A stretch of 64,000 nucleotides of DNA, from NCBI GenBank assembly GCA_048938855.1, contig JBHLLT010000011.1:42400-106399 (forward strand). Direction: 5' to 3'. Within the stretch, counting starts at the first letter, position 1. Each line of letters begins with the position of its first letter. The stretch comes from Promethearchaeota archaeon. Its GTDB lineage: Archaea > Asgardarchaeota > Lokiarchaeia > Sigyniarchaeales > SOKP01. The position numbers and the translations under genes are program-made. The notes under the pieces were generated by a model. The model was not told where the DNA came from, did no database searches, and saw only the letters and a program-made list of their open reading frames with translations. This document shows, piece after piece, positions 39,096 through 49,502 of this stretch.

Positions 39096-41450
39096 ATGGT
39101 AAATAATTCAATTTCAAGTCTCATAATTGATAAATTTGGCTTAAATTTATATCAAAAATCTCTCAAATTTCTTTCTAATAAAATTAATTTAATTGATATT
39201 GAAGAAGATCCAATACTAATAAGGAGTCTTATTTTAGATAATGAAAGAGAGTTCCATCTCATAATAGATGAAAAGAATTATGAGATTTTTCATGATTGTC
39301 CATCATTTCTAATTCATTCTGAAAAAAACAAAAAAATCTGTGTTCATTTAGTAAAATTATTATCAATAATTAAAAGTAGTCTTACTCAAAGGATTTTAGA
39401 GAATTTTAAGAGTTATATTTTAACCTCTGAAGATTTAGGTTCGCAAAAAAAAAGTAAAAGCTTTTTATTACTTGCGAATAGATGTTTTCAAAGTGATAAT
39501 TGCGTAGAAGCATTAAATTATTTGAATAAAGCAATTTTTAATCAATTTGAAACTGAAAATATAATTGAAACCTATTTGATCACCGCAATTGACAATAATT
39601 TATTTATAGAATTTTTTGAGTTTCTTCAAAATGGATATGAAAATGATTTAGGCCAATACTTTCAGGAATTTGATGATTATATTGAAAGAGGGTTTAAGAA
39701 ATTCTTAAACACCATCTCTAAGTACTCGTTTTTTAATCTTATTAAAATTATTGAATCTATAAATAAAATATTAGAGTTTAAAGAAATTTCGTTTTTAGTT
39801 TCTCACTTTAATAAATTAAAAGCATTGATAAGTAGTACAAATTTAAATAATCAATACTTTTCTTACTACTTAATAAAAAAGTACTATTTTGAATTAATTG
39901 AGCTTAATCCGTTATTTAAAGAATTAATTTCTGAAGATTTCGTAAAATCTCTAAAGAACACTCTATTAAACTATTTTTTTTCTGAAATTAATAATTTTTG
40001 CATATTTGAAAAATTAAAATTATTGAAAAAACAATTTGGAGTTATAAGTATTCCGAGAGAAGAATATTATGATGAATATAAGAAGTACAAAGTTGAAATA
40101 AAGGAACTAGAAAAAAAAGTCTACTTGAAAAAATTTGCTTTTTTAAAGTTGTTAATGGAAAAACATAATATTAAAAGAGCTAAAGGAGATTTTAAAAAAA
40201 AAAGAAACACATACATTGTAAATCATGATGAAAGCAATTTAAAAAATCCAGTATATCATTATATAGTCTCCCGAATTGGCTTTTTTGGATTAAAAGATCA
40301 AACAATAAAATCTTCTGAAATTGGAATCAATTATTTTATAATGAAAGAACTATTTTTAGATGATCTTAGTAGTTTTCAAGACGTTTATTACTACAGACAA
40401 CAATTCTGGGGAGAAAGTGATGATTATGAAATAAAACCTATTGAAGGCATATCAATTTTAAGTAAAAAAGCAGATTATGGCTATAATCCTATTCATAAAG
40501 ATTCAGAAGATGTAATGGTTATTGAATGGGACTTAGCAAATAAGCCTATTCAAGGTAATCTTGTAAATGCATATGGTTCACAAATAATTATCCCGGATTA
40601 TAATAATCCACTATTTCATGACTTAAAACCATTTGATCTATGTTACTGTAAAAAAACACCTATTAAAATTGAAAGTAATATTATTAAAACTATTAACGTA
40701 ATCACAAAATGCTCATTTAAAGATGCTATCAAAAGTATTGCTAAAGGCATGGAATTCATAGAAGGATTTTACCCACTATCCCTTATTAAAGCAGTATTAA
40801 ATAAAGACATTAATCCTTTTCAAGCAAATGAAAAAGTGGTTAAAAGTTCTGATGCGTTATTTGTTCCAAACTATAATCTCTTTGTTAAAGCATTTAAGAA
40901 ATTCTTACTTAACTACATTTTTAAAGAAAAAGAATACATTTTTGGACAATTGAAAAAAGATATTGATATTAGTACAAATCAAATTTTAACTTTATTAAAC
41001 TTAAATAATGAATTAGCTGGATTGGATTTACCTTATACTCAAATATTAAAAAGATGTCTTAATCCCAATGTCAATTTAAACGAATTTAAATTAAATTTTT
41101 TAAATGAAATCCATTCTATTGTCAAAAAATTATTAAATTCTCCTACACTGGGAAGTACACTTATATTCGACTTGAAAAAATTGCAAAATACCCCGTTTTT
41201 CAAATATTCTAATAAAATTATTGGGATTAGGAAAGATGAGTTTGAATCTACTAAAATATTCAGATTACAAAAAAATGATAAGTATTCTTATGACTTATCT
41301 GAAATCAGCAAAACATATTATGGTAAAAAGATTTTTGAAATTCTTCAGTATAATGAAAATTTAATTATTAAACCTGATAAATTTAAGACATTTCGCGATT
41401 ATAGCTCTAAATTAAATCTGAAAATAACGATTATTGTTAAAGATATTTAA
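39096..41450 (+). CDS. SWIM-type Zn finger protein with long helical body
   Basis: FHDCPSF...ICVHLVKLL (HxC...CxH variant). Confidence 0.65.
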   Translation: MVNNSISSLIIDKFGLNLYQKSLKFLSNKINLIDIEEDPILIRSLILDNEREFHLIIDEKNYEIFHDCPSFLIHSEKNKKICVHLVKLLSIIKSSLTQRILENFKSYILTSEDLGSQKKSKSFLLLANRCFQSDNCVEALNYLNKAIFNQFETENIIETYLITAIDNNLFIEFFEFLQNGYENDLGQYFQEFDDYIERGFKKFLNTISKYSFFNLIKIIESINKILEFKEISFLVSHFNKLKALISSTNLNNQYFSYYLIKKYYFELIELNPLFKELISEDFVKSLKNTLLNYFFSEINNFCIFEKLKLLKKQFGVISIPREEYYDEYKKYKVEIKELEKKVYLKKFAFLKLLMEKHNIKRAKGDFKKKRNTYIVNHDESNLKNPVYHYIVSRIGFFGLKDQTIKSSEIGINYFIMKELFLDDLSSFQDVYYYRQQFWGESDDYEIKPIEGISILSKKADYGYNPIHKDSEDVMVIEWDLANKPIQGNLVNAYGSQIIIPDYNNPLFHDLKPFDLCYCKKTPIKIESNIIKTINVITKCSFKDAIKSIAKGMEFIEGFYPLSLIKAVLNKDINPFQANEKVVKSSDALFVPNYNLFVKAFKKFLLNYIFKEKEYIFGQLKKDIDISTNQILTLLNLNNELAGLDLPYTQILKRCLNPNVNLNEFKLNFLNEIHSIVKKLLNSPTLGSTLIFDLKKLQNTPFFKYSNKIIGIRKDEFESTKIFRLQKNDKYSYDLSEISKTYYGKKIFEILQYNENLIIKPDKFKTFRDYSSKLNLKITIIVKDI

Positions 41451-41567
41451 TATTTTAACTTACAAATTAGAGATTAGTAAATATTTGTATCATCATTTTT
41501 TTTATTAATGCATAAATTTTATTTACATAGAATCTGAAAGTTTAATTGATAATCAGAAAAACAATAT

Positions 41568-42854
41568 ATGAATATGGTAAAAAATAATTTTCAACACCCT
41601 TCAAAGGACATCACTGAAACTAAGGGTACTATTCTTAGAGGAAAAACAATATGCATGTGTTTAACGGGGTCCGTGGCGGTAATTTCCTCTCCTATTGTAG
41701 CTCGTGAGCTTATGAGAATAGGAGCTGAAGTTATATGTGTTATGTCAAAAGCAGCAACAGAATTGATTAACCCAGCTCTAATGGAGTGGGCAACAGGAAA
41801 TAAAGTCATCACAAAACTAACAGGAGCAGTTGAGCATGTTTATTTAGCAGGTGATAGACCAAAAAGTGTAGGAAAAGCCGATCTAATTCTAATATGTCCT
41901 GCAACAGCGAATACAATATCAAAAATAGCCTGTGGTGTTGACGATACGCCTGTAACAACCGTGGCATCAACAGCATTCGGCTCATCTCTCCCAATTGTAA
42001 TCGTACCTGCTATGCATGAGAGTATGTATAAGCATCCTATTTTAGAAAAAAATGAGAGACAATTACGTGAATGCGGAGTAGAAATTTTAGGACCAAGGAT
42101 CTCAGAAGGTAAAGCTAAAATAGCTAAAATTGATGATATTATTGATAGAGTCATAGATTTATTGGTTACAAAGAAAGATTTAGAAGGTAAGAAAATTCTT
42201 ATTAGTGCCGGTCCCACTAGAGAAGCCATAGATTCTGTTAGGTTTGTCTCTAATAAGTCATCAGGAAGAATGGGGATTGAATTAGCTAAAGAGGCTTCCG
42301 CTAGAGGAGCTGATGTAACATTAATTGCAGGTGAATGCTTGGTAAAATTACCAAACTATCTGAAAATAAAACATGTGGTTTCAATAGATGATTTCATAAG
42401 CGCTGTTAAAGAAGAAATTTCATTAAATAATTATGATTTTTTTATTTCCGCTGCCGCCGTGAGTGATTATAAACCCATTGAATGTATTGAGGGGAAAATT
42501 TCTTCTGATAATGTTGAACAACTACAGGTTAATATGAAGTTAACACCAAAAATAATAGATGTAGCAAGGAAAAAAGATTATAACTTATTTATTGTAGCTT
42601 TCAAAGCAGAGACAAATGTATCAAAAAGTGAATTAATAGAGCGAGCGTATAACAGACTCCTTAAATCTGAAGTGGATTTAATTGTTGCAAATGATATTGG
42701 AAGAGAGGACATAGGTTTTAGTAGTAAATATAATGAGGTATTTATAATAGATAAAAATAAACGTATTACACATGTTGAGAGAAATACTAAACGATACATC
42801 GCATCGAAAATAATTGATGCAGTTATTGAAGCTTACCAAAAAAGATCTTCATAG
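41568..42854 (+). CDS. coaBC: Bifunctional phosphopantothenoylcysteine decarboxylase/phosphopantothenate--cysteine ligase
   Basis: TGSVA, PATANTISKIACG.DD, PAMHESM, AGPTREAIDSVRFVSNKSSGRMG, AAAVSDY, FKAET, VAND. Confidence 0.96.
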   Translation: MNMVKNNFQHPSKDITETKGTILRGKTICMCLTGSVAVISSPIVARELMRIGAEVICVMSKAATELINPALMEWATGNKVITKLTGAVEHVYLAGDRPKSVGKADLILICPATANTISKIACGVDDTPVTTVASTAFGSSLPIVIVPAMHESMYKHPILEKNERQLRECGVEILGPRISEGKAKIAKIDDIIDRVIDLLVTKKDLEGKKILISAGPTREAIDSVRFVSNKSSGRMGIELAKEASARGADVTLIAGECLVKLPNYLKIKHVVSIDDFISAVKEEISLNNYDFFISAAAVSDYKPIECIEGKISSDNVEQLQVNMKLTPKIIDVARKKDYNLFIVAFKAETNVSKSELIERAYNRLLKSEVDLIVANDIGREDIGFSSKYNEVFIIDKNKRITHVERNTKRYIASKIIDAVIEAYQKRSS

Positions 42855-43095
42855 AATAATGAATTATTGACTCTAGTTATGGATAATCTGATTTTACTCT
42901 CTTTTTTTCATGAAAATAAATCCAAATATTTAAATATTAATTTATTTACTGTAAACAGTGAATAAAATTATAAATCTCGAGCAGATATTTGAAAGCTTTA
43001 GAATTTAGATATATATCTAATATCTTATAGTTTTTTTAATTAGGTTGCTAATAGATTTATATATATTTAAAAATTTTTGTAATAAGGTTAATTGA

Positions 43096-46000
43096 ATAAT
43101 ACATCATACGAGTGCGTCTAAAATTACATCAAAAGAAGAAGGTAAAATTAAGCAAGGAACAATAGCAGAGTATATGCGTAAGCGGACTCAACTAGTTGGT
43201 TTTGAATTTGGGTATTGGAAACATGTTCAATATTGTGCAGAATTTATTGATAATGCCTTGGACGCTATTGAGAGTTTTCAATGGAGAGAATTGAAAAAAT
43301 CAGATTCCAAAATTAAATTTTCTTTAGATCAAGAATTATTCTTAGAAAAATTCTCTATAATTGACACTGTAAAAGAAGAAAAAAAATCTCAACATCTGAA
43401 TAATGAGGCTAAACACACATTAATGCAAGAATTAGGTATTGAATCTGAAGATCAAGAACAAATTGAAATTCAAGAAGTAGAAGAAAAAGAAGAAGAATCT
43501 GAAAAAATTGCTAATCAAGAAGAATTAGAAGTAGAAGAAGAAGTTCAGAGAATAATTGATGATATGCAGGGAATCATTAAACCTGTAGAAAATATAATTG
43601 ATGTAGAACCAATAGTGGCAGTTCGTATTAGAGAATTTGAAGCACCATCATTTTTAACTTCTGAAATTAGTCAGAAAAATATCATGAGTTATACGTTTGA
43701 GATTTTTGATAATGGAACAGGAATGTCTAAAATTGATCTAAGAAAATTTGGTAGATATCTTGCTTCATCTAAGTCCATGGAATTAAAACAGACAAGAGGT
43801 AGTCAAGGATTTGGTGCTCCAAGTGCATTTAGTGATGCTCAAAATACAACTGGAAAACCTGTTGTCACAGTATCGAAATCCCCTGATACTATTTATGCAA
43901 CCGTAGCAGAATTTTTTACTACTTCCAAAAATGAAAAAAAGTATTTAATTCATCCTACTGATATTGACAGTTTTTTTCTTCATGGAACCTATATTAAATT
44001 AAATTATTTAAATGTAAAATATGTCAAAGGCTATGTAGAGAAATACATTGAAGAAACCGCATTTATGAATCCCCATGTTACTATCATTTATATTGATCCA
44101 GATGGGAAAGAAAAAATTTATCGAAGATTAGCAACAGCTTTCCCAGATGAGCCTAAATATGCTAAACCTCATCCTTCCTCAGTTAATATTGGAGATCTTC
44201 AAGATCTTATTTCAAAATCTGAGAATAAATCAATTTCTGCTTTTTTACAAGATAATTTTGTAAGGATGAGTTCAAGAACAGCAAAAGAAATCGTAGATAT
44301 TGCTGAAAGAGATTTGCAAGATCAATTAAAATTACTTATACTAAAAGATGGGTTTACTAATCTAATTCAAAAGAAGACTGATGAAATAAACTATATGACT
44401 TATGAAAAACGAGTTTACGGACGATCTGATAAACCCAGAGATAAGTTAATAATTTATCGAGTTGAATCTGAAGAGTTAAAAGAGGAGTATTGGAAAGAAA
44501 TTTCTGAGTATAATAAGTTAATTAAAGAATCTGAAAAGATAAACAAAGAAATAAGAAAATTAAATGACCGTATTGAAAAAACTGAAACTCAAAAAGAAAT
44601 TAAAAACATTGAGAAAGAAATTCGGAAGTTGATAAATAATATAGATGAAATAATAAATCAAAAAGATAAAATTAAAACAAATTTAAATACACTATTTACT
44701 GCTTCAAAAGAACAATTAATCGAATTAAAAAAGTTGAAAAATAGAACAGAATCCGAAGATCTCATAAATAAGGTTCTTATTTCTAAAGTCAAACCTATTG
44801 AACTAACAAAAGAACAATTTAATTCTTTATTCCTCGCTTTTAAATCTATTAAGTATATGGCTCCTCCTACAGACACAGCAATTCCAGTGGGTGAATCAAC
44901 TTTAGAAAATACTTTAATTAAAGAAATTGGGTTAAGAATCTCAGAAAATGTTGATGATTTTGCCGGACCTATTGAAAATATTACACAAATATCTGAATTA
45001 ATTCATAAAGAAAAGCAAAAGACAATTCAAGAAGAAGGAGTAAAAACTGATAGTAATTTAATCTCAAGTATTTCAATTGATCCACAGGAAATCATAGATT
45101 TAAACTCAGAAATATTGGGAACTATTGATATTATTGATGAAGTATCAGATCACCAGCAATTAAAAACAACGATTAATGATCTTATTTCATATTCTGATAT
45201 TGAATCTATTGATTCTTACAATAGTGTATTTGAATATTTTATCGAGAATTTTACTAAAGACGATGATTTTGTCGCAGGAGAAACAAGAGCACCTACAAGT
45301 GGAAAAGGCTTAGCGTACGTTGTAGAAGCTGTAATGGCTTATTCGAGAAATTTAGAAGTTCCGAAGAGGTCTAGGGATGTTTTATCAAGATTTGTAAATA
45401 GAACTCCAAAATTAAGAGATAGTGCCGATTGCGCTATTACTAAAGCAGTTCAATCAGTTAATTGGAAAAATTACAATCTTGATACTTATGATAATAGCTT
45501 ACCAAAGGGCCCAATAAAACTATTAGTTAATGTTTCAGGCCCTTTTGTCCATTTAATGTTTAAATCTCAATCAAAAAATGCATTAGCTGATGATGAAGAA
45601 TTAATCAAAGAGATTAAATATTGTCTTGAAGCTATAGGACGAAGATTGAGGATATATCTCAATAGAAAAGCAAGTCTTAGAAAAATTGAAAAAAGAGCTA
45701 ATTTAATAGAAAAATATATACCACTGTTTGTTAGTAGCCTATTTAATATCGCATCTCAAGGAGAGAGTGTATATAAATCTAAACTTAACAAAAAGGAATT
45801 GGAAGATTTAATGAGAAATGCAATTGGTAAAAAAACTCCTCCTGTAACCAAACCTGAAGAAGTTCCGAAAGTTAAAGAAGTGGTACTCGAGAAAAAAGAA
45901 ATATTAGAGGAACCTAAAGATTTACAACCAGTAGTTAAGAAAGTAGAACCCAAAAAAGAAATATTTACAGAAAAAACTCTTAAGAATTGGACTAAAAGTG

Positions 46001-46476
46001 AATTAGTGGAATATTGTAAAGAAAATAGTATTAGTTTATTATCCAAAGATACAAAAACAATGATAATAAATAAAATTTTAGATTCATATAAAAAACCTCC
46101 TGAAATAAAACCAGAATTGATCAAACCTCCAGAACCAATTAAAATAACTCCTGAGCCTATACCTGTAAAACAAACTCAGCTACCAATATCTAAAGTACAG
46201 GCACCAAGTAAAATACCTCCCAAAAAAGCACCTTATAAACCTAAGCCAACATCAGTAAAACAAACACAAACTACACTACCAATTATTACAACTGAAAAAG
46301 TGCTAAAAGTATTATCAGATAAATGGCAAACCATTAGCCATCTCATTTTAAAGTTAAAAATTAAAGATATGATGGATGCAAGATACCTTCAACATCAACT
46401 TAAGAAATTAGAACGTGAAGATAAGGTTCTTGTTGAATCAAAAATGGGTAAAAGACAATGGAAATTAAAAAATTAA
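43096..46476 (+). CDS. top6B: DNA topoisomerase VI subunit B, greatly expanded; start upstream of ATG 43174 (ATA 43096/43099 inferred)
   Basis: TIAEYMRKRTQLVGF, EFIDNALDA, DNGTGM, QTRGSQGFG, HGT, NPH, KPHP, PPT, RFVNRTP; adjacent top6A. Confidence 0.92.
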   Translation: MIHHTSASKITSKEEGKIKQGTIAEYMRKRTQLVGFEFGYWKHVQYCAEFIDNALDAIESFQWRELKKSDSKIKFSLDQELFLEKFSIIDTVKEEKKSQHLNNEAKHTLMQELGIESEDQEQIEIQEVEEKEEESEKIANQEELEVEEEVQRIIDDMQGIIKPVENIIDVEPIVAVRIREFEAPSFLTSEISQKNIMSYTFEIFDNGTGMSKIDLRKFGRYLASSKSMELKQTRGSQGFGAPSAFSDAQNTTGKPVVTVSKSPDTIYATVAEFFTTSKNEKKYLIHPTDIDSFFLHGTYIKLNYLNVKYVKGYVEKYIEETAFMNPHVTIIYIDPDGKEKIYRRLATAFPDEPKYAKPHPSSVNIGDLQDLISKSENKSISAFLQDNFVRMSSRTAKEIVDIAERDLQDQLKLLILKDGFTNLIQKKTDEINYMTYEKRVYGRSDKPRDKLIIYRVESEELKEEYWKEISEYNKLIKESEKINKEIRKLNDRIEKTETQKEIKNIEKEIRKLINNIDEIINQKDKIKTNLNTLFTASKEQLIELKKLKNRTESEDLINKVLISKVKPIELTKEQFNSLFLAFKSIKYMAPPTDTAIPVGESTLENTLIKEIGLRISENVDDFAGPIENITQISELIHKEKQKTIQEEGVKTDSNLISSISIDPQEIIDLNSEILGTIDIIDEVSDHQQLKTTINDLISYSDIESIDSYNSVFEYFIENFTKDDDFVAGETRAPTSGKGLAYVVEAVMAYSRNLEVPKRSRDVLSRFVNRTPKLRDSADCAITKAVQSVNWKNYNLDTYDNSLPKGPIKLLVNVSGPFVHLMFKSQSKNALADDEELIKEIKYCLEAIGRRLRIYLNRKASLRKIEKRANLIEKYIPLFVSSLFNIASQGESVYKSKLNKKELEDLMRNAIGKKTPPVTKPEEVPKVKEVVLEKKEILEEPKDLQPVVKKVEPKKEIFTEKTLKNWTKSELVEYCKENSISLLSKDTKTMIINKILDSYKKPPEIKPELIKPPEPIKITPEPIPVKQTQLPISKVQAPSKIPPKKAPYKPKPTSVKQTQTTLPIITTEKVLKVLSDKWQTISHLILKLKIKDMMDARYLQHQLKKLEREDKVLVESKMGKRQWKLKN

Positions 46477-46489
46477 ATAGGTAAAAAAA

Positions 46490-47671
46490 ATGGAAGAAAA
46501 ACAAAATAATTATGACTTAGAAGCTACAAAAGAGCTGCTAAAAGAATATTTAGATAAAGAAACGGAAAAAAAAGGAGTACAACTTCCTGAAAACACAGTA
46601 AAAGTTGATGATCTAAATAGAAAGGATACTATAAGCCGATTATATAAATTAATAGATGATATTATTGCAAAAATTTACAGTACAGGAAGACCATCAATAG
46701 AATTGCCATCCAGAACTAGTGCTAATATCATATGGGATGAAGAAAATGACTTACTATTACTAGGCAAACAAATTATGGAGAAACAATTTCATTCACTCAC
46801 AAGCGTACAAGATATTACAAGATTAGTAAAAGTTTTAGAAATTATCCATGAGTTATTAATAAAAAATAGACATAGCACCAAGAGAAAGGTCTACTACATG
46901 GATGTCAATTTATTTAAAGATCAAAAGAATAGTGATAAAAGTATAGAAGATGCAGCAACTATGCTTTATACAACTCGAAATGCAACTCATATCGTAGCTA
47001 ATCCTAGAGGTTCTTGTGTGGGAAGATTACGTATTAGAGATAATAGAGATGTTATTGATCTTGAAGGCTTGGGAAGTGGCGCGTGGCAAATATCTCCAAT
47101 GTTAGATGAAATAGAAATTATCGAATCAGATGCTGAATTTATATTAGTTATTGAAAAAATGGCTGCAATGATGGATTTAACTGAAGTTCGCTTTTGGCGC
47201 CAATACCCTTGCATATTAATAACAGCACAAGGTGTGGGTAATGTAGCAACTCGTATGTTCTTAAAGCGATTAACCAAAGAATTAAAATTACCTGCATTTA
47301 CATTGGTTGATAGCGATCCTTATGGTCATTATATTCATTCAGTATATTTAAGAGGATCAAAACGCTTAAGTTATGAAACACCTTTTTTAGCTACTCCAGA
47401 TATTAAACTTCTTGGAGTGTTAACAAGAGATTTAGATACATATCAACTTCCTAAAGAAGTTAGACTTGACATGACAAAAGAAGATTTAAAAAGAGCTAAT
47501 GATATGGTAAAAGAGGATTTCGTAAAAAAGAATAAGAAATGGGAAGAAGATATAAGATTAGCTATTAAATATAAAATTAAAGCAGAAATTCAAGCTTTCT
47601 CTTCAAAGGGTATTGAATTTTTAACAGATAAATATTTACCAGAAAAATTGACAACTGGTGATTGGATATGA
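46490..47671 (+). CDS. top6A: DNA topoisomerase VI subunit A
   Basis: TKRKVYY catalytic Tyr region, IEK, DSDPYG, KAEIQA. Confidence 0.95.
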   Translation: MEEKQNNYDLEATKELLKEYLDKETEKKGVQLPENTVKVDDLNRKDTISRLYKLIDDIIAKIYSTGRPSIELPSRTSANIIWDEENDLLLLGKQIMEKQFHSLTSVQDITRLVKVLEIIHELLIKNRHSTKRKVYYMDVNLFKDQKNSDKSIEDAATMLYTTRNATHIVANPRGSCVGRLRIRDNRDVIDLEGLGSGAWQISPMLDEIEIIESDAEFILVIEKMAAMMDLTEVRFWRQYPCILITAQGVGNVATRMFLKRLTKELKLPAFTLVDSDPYGHYIHSVYLRGSKRLSYETPFLATPDIKLLGVLTRDLDTYQLPKEVRLDMTKEDLKRANDMVKEDFVKKNKKWEEDIRLAIKYKIKAEIQAFSSKGIEFLTDKYLPEKLTTGDWI

Positions 47672-48057
47672 AAATATTTTACAAAGAAGATGGAGGAGTA
47701 ATTCAATTAATTGAGATAGAAAAAATTCAAGAATGGCCAATTGAAATGCCATTTGTTTTTGTTGAATATATTAAAAGTAATAAATTGAGAACTTATAGAG
47801 ATGTACAAGTGGAAGCTGAAATTTCCGCATATCTTAATGAAATTTTAAATAAAATAGCAATTCCAAAAGTTCAGCAAATTTTTGAGGGATCTGACAAGGA
47901 TGAAATTCTTACTACCCTTTCTATTTTTGAAGAACTTTCAGAAAATAATTCAAGGGCAGTTATACCTATCCAAAATTTATTGGAAAAATTGACAAGCAAG
48001 AGTGATAAGAGAATAATATCGCAATCTCGAAAGGTTCTTGCTAACATAAAAGAATAA
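47662..48057 (+). CDS. Hypothetical protein, C-terminal HEAT-like helices
   Basis: 131-aa ORF coupled to the top6A stop; helical pattern only. Confidence 0.65.
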   Translation: MDMKIFYKEDGGVIQLIEIEKIQEWPIEMPFVFVEYIKSNKLRTYRDVQVEAEISAYLNEILNKIAIPKVQQIFEGSDKDEILTTLSIFEELSENNSRAVIPIQNLLEKLTSKSDKRIISQSRKVLANIKE

Positions 48058-48133
48058 TTCCAAAAATTAGTAATAAATAAAAATTAAAGGAATTGAGAAC
48101 TATTCTTTTTTAAAAGTTAATACTTTACGAAAT

Positions 48134-48811
48134 TTGATATTAATGAAGTGGAAACAAGAAAGTTTTAATGAATTTATAAAAATTCAAAATGTAATAGGTA
48201 TTTTTGATAAACCAATAAAACTTGCTTCTGGTAGGTTATCTTATTGGTATGTCAATTGGAGGAAAATAACTTCAGATGCCTATTTACTTGATGTATTGAC
48301 AGATTATATAATATCCTTTATTAGCTGTTTAGGTCTAAATCCAAAATGTTTTTATGGTGTTCCGGAGGGGGGAACAAAACTTGGTATTATTACCCAGTAT
48401 AAATGGGCAAAAATGCAAAAAAATTTTAATCCTGGTAATTATCCAATCTCAATGGGTAGAGGTAAACAAAAAGAACATGGAGATCCTAGAGATAGATTAT
48501 TTATAGGTTTGCCTGAAGGAGAAGTTGTTATTCTTGAGGATGTTGTGACTACTGGAGATTCTTTAATCAAGACGATACAAAAATTAGATGAACTAAATAT
48601 AAATATCATTAGCGTTATTATATTAACCAGTAGAAATGAGTTGAGAGATGATGGAACTAATATTAAGGATATAATTTTACAATATGATATCCCTTTTTAT
48701 GCAATGAGTAATGCCATTGAATTATTACCACATTTGGAAATGAAAAGTGAAATTAAAAATAATATAATAGAATATTTTAAGAAATATGGTACACAGGAAA
48801 TTAATTTTTAA
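48134..48811 (+). CDS. pyrE: Orotate phosphoribosyltransferase-like protein
   Basis: LASGRLSYWYVNWR, KQKEHG, VVILEDVVTTGDS PRPP motif. Confidence 0.85.
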   Translation: MILMKWKQESFNEFIKIQNVIGIFDKPIKLASGRLSYWYVNWRKITSDAYLLDVLTDYIISFISCLGLNPKCFYGVPEGGTKLGIITQYKWAKMQKNFNPGNYPISMGRGKQKEHGDPRDRLFIGLPEGEVVILEDVVTTGDSLIKTIQKLDELNINIISVIILTSRNELRDDGTNIKDIILQYDIPFYAMSNAIELLPHLEMKSEIKNNIIEYFKKYGTQEINF

Positions 48812-48847
48812 AATTTTAATTTAATAATCTTACTATAAAGATTAAGA

Positions 48848-49411
48848 TTAAAAGAATCCTCGCCATAACTTTATCATTCTGTATAGATTTTGATAAAGAA
48901 TTTTTTCAGCATTCGTTAATCTCTGTTCATCATCTAATGATAATTCTGCCATAGAAAGTTTTAATAGTTTCAATAACCGACTATCAATAATATTTGAAGA
49001 ATATGAAATATATCTATCTAAATCTACTTTTGGTTTAATATTTTTATCAATTTCATTTACCATGAATCTTTTAAATTCTTTTATTTTATTTAAGAAAAAT
49101 TTATTATTTCTTTTTTTGAGCTTTGAGTCATCTCTTTCTTCTATAGCAAATCTTTGGACATCAATACTATCACATTTATCTGAAATCGCCACTTGCAGAA
49201 TACCCTTTTCAATGAAGGGAACAGCTGAAAAAAGCTTTAGCTTATACCTTTTACCTTTTTCAAATGGGCCAAAAGGCTCTCCTAATAGAGAAAAACCTTC
49301 AAAATCCTTTATACATTCTGTAACAATCATTTCGTGCAAAAAAATAAAGTTTAACCGAATTAAGGAATTAGAAAAGCTTTCATTAACAACTTCCAATAAA
49401 AAATTCACCAT
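48848..49411 (-). CDS. gins23: GINS subunit, Gins23 type (B-domain first)
   Basis: IKDFEGFSLLGEPFGPFEKG...LFSAVPFIEKGIL B-domain, then helical A-domain with RLLKLL...LTNAEK; near mcm. Confidence 0.75.
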   Translation of the reverse strand: MVNFLLEVVNESFSNSLIRLNFIFLHEMIVTECIKDFEGFSLLGEPFGPFEKGKRYKLKLFSAVPFIEKGILQVAISDKCDSIDVQRFAIEERDDSKLKKRNNKFFLNKIKEFKRFMVNEIDKNIKPKVDLDRYISYSSNIIDSRLLKLLKLSMAELSLDDEQRLTNAEKILYQNLYRMIKLWRGFF

Positions 49412-49502
49412 ATTTAATAAATAAATAAGCCTTTATATAATATACAAATGCAATATAAGAGAAATAAACATACTATTATTTTATTAATAATATAAAAACA
49501 GT

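Noticed and set aside
42856-42892. ATAATGA...CTGA after coaBC as a second C/D sRNA
   Set aside because: Degenerate C box, only about 25 nt between boxes, no recognisable rRNA complement
43093-43095. TGA upstream of top6B as selenocysteine read-through
   Set aside because: No Cys-equivalent conserved position or SECIS evidence; non-canonical initiation is simpler
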